Below the pieces are notes generated by a model. That model worked only from the letters and a program-made list of their open reading frames with translations. It did not search any database and was not told where the DNA came from. 64,000 nucleotides of DNA, taken from assembly GCA_013239625.1 (NCBI GenBank), contig MU054400.1, positions 1,347,146 to 1,411,145 on the forward strand. The letters are read 5' to 3'. Of the stretch, positions 35,981 through 46,950 are shown in pieces. Position 1 is the stretch's first letter. Each line of letters opens with the position of its first letter. The stretch comes from Lama guanicoe. Taxonomy: Eukaryota. The translations under genes and the position numbers were made by a program.

Positions 35981-38900
35981 CAGCAGGGGAGACCAACGCG
36001 GGCGTCAGCCTGTAGCCGTGGACGGGGGAACTGGAGAGAACCTGACTTCCGGGGGCTCCCTTATGGGAAGGGTTCCTGCCTGCCCGCCCACTGCTACACC
36101 CGCCCCTCACCAGGCGAGTCCTCCCATCTGCACCTGGTCTTCCTCCAGCCACAGGCGCAGGCGCTCAGACTGCCCCTCCCTGGCACAGCTCAGCTCTCTG
36201 GGCCCCATGTGGCCTTGGCTACCCCTCCCACATCTGTGACTCCTGAGGCCTTTGCTACCACTTGGCCTGGCTCCTGACCCTCAGCCACTCCCCCATCTTC
36301 AGCTACTCCTCAGACCTAGGAGGTTAAGACAATGGCCTAAGTCATTGTCAGCAAGTGGTGGGGCCAGGAAATGAACCCAGGACGGTCTGAATTCAGAGCT
36401 GGTGCTGGAGAAAAAGAGGAGACAAGAGGCTGGAGGCCTGCCTGGTTCCCCATCTCAGTCCTTGCAGGTCGCCCTCAGACCCTCCCCTACCATCTCTGCC
36501 ATCCACCTGTGCCTTTCTCCTCACAGCCAGGAAGATAGTCCACCTGAGTGCCAGGCCCACTGCCCACCACACGGGAGAGGAAGTGGGGCATGGAGAGAGG
36601 TGAGATCATAGGATGGGAAGAGAGCGACAAGGTGGCCCTTGGCTCCCAGGTCCTTCCTGGTCCCAGTTGGGAGGGCATGGGGGTGAGGAGATGGTCTGGC
36701 ACGTGTAATGCATACAGGCAAACACACACACACACACACACACCCGGGTCCCCGCAGGGGGAGGGGTGGCTTCTTCATCAAAGTCTCCTCCATCAGCCCG
36801 ATGAGTTACTGTAAGGGCCGGGCCCTGGGCCAACGGGGCTGCAGCCATGGGAGACGGGCGCTGCTGAGAGCGAGTGAGCAAGCACCGCAGAGAGTGGGGG
36901 ATGGGGTACCAAGACAGATGCTGCATGGTTGGGGGCACCCAGAAAAGGGAGAGACCCAGGCAGGGGGGGACAGAGAGGCAGGGAGAGATGGAAAGCCATG
37001 AGCAGAGACCCAGAAGGATGAGAAGAGATCAAGATAGGGAGAAATGGAAGAGGCACAGGAAGAGAGGTGGGGAACATAGAAGATGGGCAGAGATTCAGAC
37101 CCCGAGAGAGTGGCAGAGACACCAGTAAGGTCTCTGGGTATATATACCCAGAGCAACTCTCAAAGATGCTCAACCACCCAGCCCCTCCAGTGGTGGAGGA
37201 GGGGACGCTGTCAGGACAGCAGTACTGGCTGATCTGAGGCAAGAGCAAGGCCTTCCTGGGGGCTATAGGGCTTCTGGATCCAGGAGCCCAGCCCCCAAGG
37301 GATAAGGGCGGACTAAAACCTACCCCACCCCACCCCATCTCTGCCCCTGCAGATCCAGGAAGCCCCAGGTCAATTTCACTTCCCTCTTCCCTCTGAGTCC
37401 CAGCTGGACCCATTCCCACGTAGGGAAGCTGAGGCCAGAGGCATCCAGGCTACACCTCTGCCCTCGCTCACCTCAGGCCACCCATCCCAGGGCAAAGAGC
37501 ATCTTTCCCAGGAATTTTCCGAGTCCACACCCCATGGCTCTGGAATAGATCTGGAGCATAAATCCCATAAAGCCCCAGTTGAGGGCTATGCAAACTGGCC
37601 CAGGCTCCCGGTAGACCCTTCCAGGGGGCCAGCCTGGCCTCCAGCCCCAGCCCCAGCCCCAGAAGTGAGAAGGGAACAGAGGGCACTCCACTAGCAAATT
37701 TCCAGCAGCCCAAAGCCCTTGTCAGCATAGAAGCCCAGCACCTCTCCCAACAGAGAACCCCACAGTGTCATCATTACACACACACACACAGAGACGTGAC
37801 TCATCAAGAGACAATCCTGGACCCCCAACTTACTGTCACTAGCTAGAGCATCTTTGAGAGATGCTCTAGGTAGACCCAGAGACCCTGCTGGTGTCTCTGT
37901 CACTCTCTCAAGGTCTGTCTCTCCCTCTGACACCATTACACAGTAATAACAATACCCAGTAAAAATGACACAGTTGCACAGTTGACAATGACACACAGGG
38001 GTATCGACAGTCACTATAGTGACAATCACAAACAATGACACCAGCAAACAGGGCAATGACACCTGTTGATACTGACACAATCAGAGTGACAATAACTTCA
38101 GAGTCAAAGACGCAATGAAGCTGACAGTCACACAGACTAACAATGATGGTGACATCCACAGTGACATAGGGATGTTGATAGACTGGGTAAGATGGACAGT
38201 CACACAGAATAACACCAGTCCACAGTAATACTGGCACCACGGAGGCTGACTGTCACCAGCAGTGACACTGACAGGCAAAGTGATAGTCTCCAAATCAGGG
38301 ACCTCAATTACCCAGTTTCTGAATCTCGCTTAAGATCCAGGGGCAAGACCCCTCTTGCCAGCCCCCGCAAGGTCCCAAGTGCCCTGCAGCCTGACCCTTA
38401 CCCCCTGCTCAGCTGAAGGCAAAACCTAAGAGAGGGACGTGTGAGTTTTGGAAAGCCCCTCTTTACCCCTGCAAAAACAGAGCAGCTTAGGTTATTCAGC
38501 CCAACCCTGAGGAATCCCTACCACATCCGGGATGGGGTGGGGGTTTCTGAGCACCACTGCCTGGGGCCCAGCTCTCACTGCGCATGAGTGTTGATGCAAT
38601 AGTGTGCTCTGAACTTCAGGCTTCAGGGTGTGGGTGTGTTGGGGATCAGGTAGGCTCAATCCAGCCTGGACAATGAATGAACAGGGAGGCCCCAGTGGCA
38701 CCTCCAAGAAATTGAGATCCAGTGATGGTCACTGGCCTGGACCTGCCCCCTCCCCACTGCCAAGGCCTGGGACTGGGGTGAGGTCAGGATCCTTCATCTA
38801 ATGGAGGGCATCTGGCCCATGGCAGGGCCGAGGTAACATCTCCACAGCTTCCAGTCTCCCTCAGCAACCCAGACTCCAGAATCCCTCAGGGTTACGGAAA

Positions 38901-41094
38901 TGACACTCTATCCTGGGGCCTCACCCCTTTTCCCTCTCCTTACAACAGCCCTAGAGGATGCATCCTGGGAATGAGGTGAGAACCCAGAACAGGATGACTA
39001 AGTCAAAGACCGTGGAGACTCTAGAGGCTTCAAATCTGCAGAGGAATTAGGGTGCAGCAAAGAAGAGACACCTACACTTGAAGATGGAGCGGGAAAATGA
39101 GAGACAGAACAGGACAAGGACAGGGTGGGCAGGGAGGAACAGCACTGGCCGAGGGGGAGCCTGGGAGAGACAGTCTGGGCGGGCGGGAAGCTCCAGGAGG
39201 GGGAGGAGGGGCTGAGGCCAGGAGGCCCCCAGATCCCACCAGGCCTAGGCAGCCTGGACAGCGTGGGCGGTGGGGGCGGGGGCAGAGGCTGGAGCAGCCC
39301 AGAGGCTGAGGGTAGGGGGGAGGCCAAGGGGGGAGGCCTGGCCCCTGGCAGCTGGCCCAGCAAGCCCCCCCACCGGGGAGGGGGCGGGCTGGGTCAGAGG
39401 CCAGCTCCTGGGCTGGGGCCGGCTGGCCATGGGGCAGGCTCCCACTCCCTGTGGAGTCTCTCCCTGTCTCTGAGTCTCTTGTCTCTGGCTCTTTCTCCTT
39501 CCTTTCTGAATCCAGACCTGGCCCTCCTCTCAGCTCTCAGTGCCCCTACCCCAAGTGACATGGGACCCAGAAGCCATGCCTGGGTTCAGGATTCAAGCCT
39601 TATCTCCTCCTGGGCGACCACATCCCCATCCACTCCAGGGGCAAGCCCCACTGCTCTGGGGGAAGGACTTCATCCAAACCTAGGCCCCATCTTTCCCCAC
39701 AGAAGGGGGCAGGAGAAACTGAGCACCAGTGGGAGAGGGGCCAGGAGGGAGGCAGGGGGAGCAGTCCCCCAGCTCCAGCCGCTGGCTGAGGTTGTGGAAA
39801 AGGAGGCGGCCCAATGTGAGTGAGTTGGGGGGGGTGGGTATCCGCACCTGCTATTGTGACCTCCAAAGCCGGAGATGGGGGCCTGGGGTGGGGGGACAAG
39901 ATTCCGATGGATTTTGGCAGCAGCCAGGACTCTGAGTGCTCAAACCCCCCACCCCAGCCTCTTGCACCGTGGGGACCGAAATCAGCATGTGCGTGCCCTG
40001 CTGCACGTGTGGTGGGCCTCCCATGACGGGCCTGGCTGGGCAGCAGGGAGGTGTCCTGGGGAGGTGGGAGTCTGAATCCCACCAGCCGTGCCCACACGTG
40101 GAGCTCTGCTTGGGGCCCTGTGTGCTGCCTGGTGACTGCCATGGGCTTGTATACACATACATACACAGACCTGGACTTAAGCAGCCCTCTAGGTACAAAA
40201 GGCCTGAGCTTTCTTCCTCGAAAGTCATCTTGTCCAGCCCCCTGCCTCTCAAATGGAGAGCAGGAAGGGGCAGGTAAGTTCATATCCTTCCTTCGGGCAG
40301 GTCCATGGGCTCTGGACAGCTTCACAGAACCTGAGGTACTACAAGCACAAAATCCCCCAGCCCCTGGCTTCTAGAAGAACCAGGAGGACCCGTCTATCCA
40401 GAAAAGGCCCACGTACCAGTCAGGTTAAGTCTAGGAGGAGTGGGGCTGCTCCTCTTGGAGGGACAGATGATGCAGCAGGAGGTTAGGCTGGAGGAACTCC
40501 GTGATATGTGGGATGGGCAGAGCAACAGGGCTGAATGGGACTTCCCTCAGCCGACAGGGGAGTGGGCTGCCCCAGATGAGCCAGGGGCAGGAAGGAGGCT
40601 TTAGGGCCCTGCATGGAGACAGCAGGATGGACAGAGCAGCTTTCCAGACTTAGGGGCGGGGACAAAGACCTATCTGCCTCAGCATCTCCCACTCCACCTT
40701 GCCCTGGCCCCATCACTGCTATGGGGCAGGCACCCTCGAACACATACACAGAGGTCTACACTTGCAAGCTTGTGTACACACACGCACACACACGACGATG
40801 GGTGGGGGTGGGCAGTGCTTATGAAGCATTGATGTGTAAGAAAAGAACTGAAGATGGTCTTTCTGACAGAGCTGGAGGGAACAGAAACTTCGACTGTCTT
40901 CACGTAACAGTGTCCTGTTCTCCCTATCCCCCAACATGCACGCACACTGCACACACTACTTCTGAGGAAGCTTCTGGTCTGCTGGGCAAAAGCAAGCCAT
41001 CCTTCCTCCCCCTTCCTCCCCTCCTCACAGTGGGGAAGCCAGAGCAATCTGTTCCTGATGGGTAAACACAGGCAGGAGTATGCGCGCACACATG

Positions 41095-41096
<2 letters not shown>

Positions 41097-41126
<30 letters not shown>
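41097..41126. repeat. (CA)15 microsatellite
   Basis: Read directly. Confidence 0.95.
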
Positions 41127-41128
<2 letters not shown>

Positions 41129-42699
41129 AGCAATTCAGGAGCACACAGCACCCAGTGCTCACTTCACCCCAAGACAGAACACACACTCGGGCTCTCACTC
41201 CCATTGGCAGAGCTCCCTAAAGCCCCCCACCTCCACGACAGGCGGCCAGAGCTTCACAGACACACCCAGGCAGCCTCTCGCAGACACTGGCACTCCAAGT
41301 CCACCATCACAGCCACATGCCATGGCCTCCCACGTGGACACCCGCTGCCACAGCCTTGCACACGCTGGTGTGGGTGCACACATGAATCTCAGTCACACAC
41401 ACAGACTGTCTCACATCCACTCGATCAAAACCGTCCTGGTCTCACATATGGATACCAGCACACACTCAGAACACAGATACCATAGCACCTCCAGAAACTC
41501 AGACCCCCCCCGGCCCCCCCATCCCCCTCAGCACCTCACACCTTTATACTTGGCAGAGGGAAATACAGATACACACTCAGAATAGTCACTGGGACCTTGG
41601 GTTGCCTGGCCTGTGCCTGGGGGAAAGGGGAATAAAGCTCAGGGTGGCCTAAGGCAGAAATGGAAAGGTTCCTAAAAGAGGGCACAGACGGCTCCTTCCT
41701 CTCCTGACCCTGCTTTCACCAGCATTTGGGAATGAGGGGAGATCAAGGCCAGAGAGGAGGGGTGGGGAAGCCTATGGGTGAAGAGACGGTGGCATTGGTG
41801 GCAGCAGGAGGCAGCAAACCCCAGAAACCAGCTTGCTCCCCAGGGCCTCCTGCCTCCCCTCCTCACCCCTCTTCCGCAGGATGAGAAACAGCAGCAGCTC
41901 TCAGCCTAGCTACCTGCTGTGTGATCCCAGGCCTCTTCAAGACCTTTCTGTGCCTATAACTGTCCATAGGACACCTGAATGTCAGGTCTGGCTGCAGGAA
42001 GGGAGGGAAGGGGAAGGAGATGAGGCCTCAACCTCAACCCCCAGCCCCTGCCAAAGCCCTGTCATCACCATCAGGCCCAAAGAGAGATGGGGACAGCGCT
42101 GGTCAAGCCAGTGCTCCCCTAACCAACCACTGAGGACAAGAATCTCAAGTGTCCTTGGACTCTGCAGCCCAGCCCCCATCACAAGAGAGGACGCTGTGTC
42201 GCTGTCCAGGCAGAAAGGAATCCAGGCTTTGCTGGCCCAGCCCCAACCCGAGAAAAATCGGCAATGCTGTTGACATCCAGCACTTGCCATTCCAGGTGTA
42301 GCCTGGGCCCTGATGCCCTGTCCTTAAGGGAGCGGCTCTGTGGAAGCCAGTCAGGGGAGCAGGACCTAAGGAAATCAGGCAAGGCAATCCCATAAAGCCA
42401 GGCAGGTAGTGGGAACAAAAGAAATCAGGCAGCAGGGTCTATGGAAACTAGGTGACAGGGCCCAAAAGAACATAGGCCACGGGGAGTAAAGTTAGTTAGG
42501 AGGTGGGGACAAATGAAGCCAGGCAAGAGGCCCACAGGATGTGAGAAAAGGAAGATATCAGGAGCTCATCCCCTCTGTCGAGATGTCACCCCCACACCCT
42601 GGGCCCCTCTCTCAGTAGCCCCCTTTCCACCCAGGTGGTGGTCCCCTCCCCCAGGCCAGTGGACACAGCCAGAGCCCCCTCCTCTCTCAGAGGCCTGGT

Positions 42700-43450
42700 C
42701 CGGCTGCAGCCAATGGGCCCCGGCCCCATCCCTGGGACCTCAGGAAGTCCCAGTCCCTCCCACTGGCTGCAGAGGCAGGGGGGCTGGGGGGAGAGAAAGA
42801 GAAGAGGAGAGAGACAGCTTGGCAGGGGGAGCGCCGAGCAGCCGCGGGGGGCGGGGGCCGAGAAAGGAGCGGGAAGCGCCGAGGCGGGCTGGCGGGCGGC
42901 GCGGGCGGGGGCGTCTCTGCGGCGGCAGCGGGGGTGACAAATTCTCCGGCCCTGCGGCCGCGCCGCCACTGACCTGGGTCCCCGCGCAGGCGCCCCGTCG
43001 GTGCCTCCGGTGCTCCGTGGGTCTGCCCGGCCGCCCGCGGGCATCGGGCCCTCGGGGCTCGGGGAGCAGGAGCGTCCCCCCACCCCCGAGGGTCCCGGCG
43101 AGCGAGCGAGCGAGCGAGCGAGCGAGGCGGCGAGCGGGCCGGGAGGAGGGGAGGAAGGAGCGCGCCGCGAGCGAGCGAGCGAGCCGAGCTAGCGGAGGGA
43201 GCGAGTGAGGGACGGCAGGCAGTGAGGTCATCCTTTGAATCTAATTGTCTGAGTCAGGAGGAGATGTGGCACTTGATGCCGGGGGAGGGGAGGGGGAAAG
43301 GACCCTCCCGGCTCCGGGCCGGGGCCCCTCCTCACGTCCAGGGGCGGCTGGGGCCTCCCTTCCCCCGCCCCGCGCGAAGTTGTCTCAGGCCAACTCGGAC
43401 AAACCCCCGCCTGTCTCACTCAGGGCTGACCTCTGCTGCCGGGGAGGGGG
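42700..43450. promoter_or_regulatory. Intragenic CpG island in CNTFR intron 2, probable alternative promoter
   Basis: CpG-dense; GC boxes; CCAAT near 42710; (GAGC)n tracts; consensus donor CAG|gtcagt on the minus strand at 42974/42973. Confidence 0.7.
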
Positions 43451-45927
43451 GGGTCAGTCCCACATCACCCCCAGAGAGTGGCCACCTTCCTATTCTCTGG
43501 AGGCGATGGGGACCTCCACCCGGCCCAGGAGGTCTTCTCGGCCTGAGAGTAGTGGGAAGCCCCCTACCCACCCCCGGGTCATATTCCTGCCCTCGGAGGA
43601 GAAAGGGGAAACTTCAGCCAGCCTTCCAAGTTACCTTTGTGCACCTGAGGAGTGTGGAGTCCCCAGCTCTATTCCTCAAGTTACTTCCTGCGCTGGGAAT
43701 TTGAGGGAATCTGGACATTAACCCCCAGCTCACCCTTCTGCCTTCTGAGAGTGACAGTGCAATGCCACCCAGTCCTCCAGCCCTGCACTTTGAGGGGCAT
43801 GAGGGCCCCCAACCCACTCCAAGTTTTCCCTATTCTGCATGCCCAACCTTTCAGGAGGGGCAGGAGCCAGGCCAGACCCTTAAGGTCCCCAGGAGCTGCT
43901 CAGGGCACCAGGTCACTCAGATGGTGGGGGAGTGAGATGGCAGTTGGGCCCTGATCCTGTCAGGTGTACACACCCACACATGCACACAGGAGCACAGGCA
44001 CACATGTGTACATGCACAAGGGGGGAAACCAGGTGGCTGGGGATGCTCACACCAAGGGCCACCCACCCCTCCCCTCACCCCCAAGGGGGAGGGGTGATAA
44101 ATATTTAAGGAGCTTTTAGCCCTGAAGGGGCTGAAGCTGGGGGAGGGAGGGGGATCCACGATGCTTGATTAATGGGGTTACGGGCTTGGATCAATCCATC
44201 CGCCCGCGGCTCCCTCCTCCCTCCCCCCTCCTCCTCCCTCCCTCTGCCTAATGCGCTTTATCAGGAGACGCTTTTCTGACTTGGCAGCGTCGGGTGTTTT
44301 AAATAGACCCATTTAGAGCAGGGGTTGGGGGGAGAAAGGAGGGGGGGAGGGAGACAGAGATTGAGACAGGCTGGGAGACAGAGACGAATCAGGAGAGAGA
44401 GACAAGCCCCGGAAGAGAGAGACTGGGAGAGGAGAGACAGGAGATGCAGAGACACGGAAATAGGAGGCCGAGGATGACACTCCCACAGAGGCTGAATGGA
44501 GGGGGGTGGTGATGGGAGGCCAAGGGGAAGCTGGGGGGCCAAAGAGCAGAAACAAACAAAAGAGACAGACAGAGAGAGAGGAAAGGAGCCACTGACAGCG
44601 GGGAGAAACTCAGAGAGGTTCTCTGCAAGGGCTGAGTGCTAGCCTGGGAGACAGTAGAGATATCTTTTATTTCCAAAAACAGTTTTTCATCCACTTTGTT
44701 AAATTAAAAAGCCGTTTTTAAAGTGGTGCTGGAGGTGCTGCTGGGGGAGGTGGACAGCACTGCCAAGTCCTCCCTCTTGGCCTCCTCCTCTGCCCCCACA
44801 GAAGCTGCCTCAGCCTTAACCCCTCGGGGGTGTTCTCCAGCTCCCCTGCTCTCTGCGAGCCTCTGGGATCCCCAGGGACAGGGTCAGGGCATCTGAGCTA
44901 CTGTTCATTGGCAGAAAGTCCTTCCTGCTGTCTGGCCTCAGTCCCTCCTGCTGCAGGGAGCCCATTCTCTTGCCTGACCACTAGCTTTCTCTGATCCCAG
45001 TCTCTCCTCCCTAAGAGGTCCCAATTTAGGGGGAGGATTATGACCCTCAGAGCTCAGCAGCTCACTTTCCCAACCAGCAATCAGACTTCTCCCAGGTGTG
45101 CCCCCTAATATTGTGCAAATCTGAACTTCTGTCAGATATCCCACTCTAAGTCCTTAGATCCTCTGGGAACAGTGAGATGGAAGCTTAACTCTCTATAGCC
45201 TTCTGGTGCCTCCCTTCCTCCTCTTCAGAACCTCAGCTCCATTTTAAGTCCCTTTTATGGCCATGTTGTCAGCCAGGGATACCCCACCCCATCCTCAACA
45301 ACACCCCATTCCTAGCTCTGAAGGGTCAGCCCCCCTACTCCCGGGCCGGGAAAAAGGCCAGGCTGTTTGGGAGCTGAGATGAAAAGCCCGGGCCGGCCTT
45401 TGTGGGCCTCTGGCGGGTTTTGGACAATAGGCCCTTCCGTTCCGCTCCAGCGCCTCAATTCCTTGGACACCCTCACCCCCGGGCTGCCAATCCAGGGGCT
45501 TTGCCTAGCATGAATGAAAGGCAGAGAGAGTCAGTCCCAGCCCTGCGGCTGGCCCCAGAATATTTTGGACTTTTCGACCCTCCTTCCCATCTCCTCCAAG
45601 CCCAGCTGCTCCCCCCGAGTCAAGCCAGAGAGATGCTTTGGGGGCAGAGAGGGAGCCTGACAATGAGAAAGAAACATACTCCCACATCCTGGATTCAGCC
45701 CCTCGGTGCAGAACCCAGTTTTCTGACCCACCTGTGTGACTGTGGGTAAGTCTCTTCCCTGTAAAGACAGGCCTGTCATGGGGGCATGAAAAGCCTCAGG
45801 AGGAAGGATGAGGGAAGAGAAGGGAGGGGTCTCAGGCCCTCCTTCACTCATTCCCAGATCTACAGCCCCACCGCACCTGCCTGATGCCCTGAAACTGGCC
45901 TGCCTCCCCTGGGTCCCCAGCACATAC

Positions 45928-46041
45928 CTCTTCACCACTGGCTGCAGACCGAGCACATCAATGTCCTCCTCCTCCTCCGGACCAAACTCTTCCTGAGACT
46001 TCCAGAACCAAGGGGGCGGGAGGATGTGACAAGACTGGATT
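45928..46041 (-). other. CNTFR: CNTFR exon 2, non-coding 5' UTR exon (114 nt)
   Basis: cccttctag| acceptor and GAG|gtatgt donor. The sequence (...GGAGGAGGAGGAGGACATTGATGTGC...GTGGTGAAGAG) resembles the CNTFR leader as I recall it; not aligned here. Confidence 0.82.
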
Positions 46042-46429
46042 CTAGAAGGGCAAAGGGCACAAATCAGAGGCCACAGAGGAGCCATAGACCTTAGTCCAAC
46101 TCAGATCTCATTTCATACTCACAACCCCATTATGAGAAGGGGAGACTGAGGCAGGCAGCAGATCAGTGTCTAGAAGAGAAGTTGGGAGAGGTCCTGACTT
46201 CCTGCAGCCCGCTTTGTGGACTTTAGGTTCTGAACCACAAGGACAGAGGGAGACAAGAAACCAATGGCTTGACACCACACACAGACACACACCCACAGAC
46301 AATCCAAAATCCCCATATAAGCAGTCTACAGACACAAGCACCTCCATAGCACACACATTCTCACACGCATACTCACACAGAGACACATGGCCACCATCAA
46401 ACCATCTTCTCCTCATCACCACTATGATT

Positions 46430-46950
46430 TATTGAGCATCTGTTATGTGCCAGGAACTGTGTTAGGCACTTTATATCCATTATCTCATTTAATCTTCATG
46501 ACTTCTCTATGAGGTAGGTCCTATTATTATTATTCCCATTTGACAGTTGAAAAACCCAAGATTCAGGGAGGTTAATTTTCCCAAGACCACACAGCTAATC
46601 AGTTCCAGAGCATAGATTTGAGTGCAAATCTAGTTCCAAAGCCCTTCTGCAATACCAGCTTGCCTCTGCAGCTCTCTCTCCCACCAGCACAGTGCCTTTC
46701 TCAATATTAATAATAACAGCTAACATTTATTCAGAGTCCTTGATAAGCCAGATACCATGATAAGTACTTAACATACAGTTTTGCACAGAATCATCAAAAC
46801 AATCTTTGGAGGTAATCCTGTGTCCATTTTACAGATGAGAAAACTGAGGCTCGGAGAGCAAAAGCACCCTGCCCAAAGTCACAGGACTTGCAGTTGGCAA
46901 GAAAGCTGGCATTGTACTCAGGGCTATTTTGAAAGTCACTGTTTTGCTTC
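46430..46950. mobile_element. Two adjacent MIR SINEs
   Basis: tttattgagcatctgttatgtgccagg...ctatgaggtagg...cccatttgacag and ccattttacagatgagaaaactgaggctcggagag core motifs. Confidence 0.75.
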
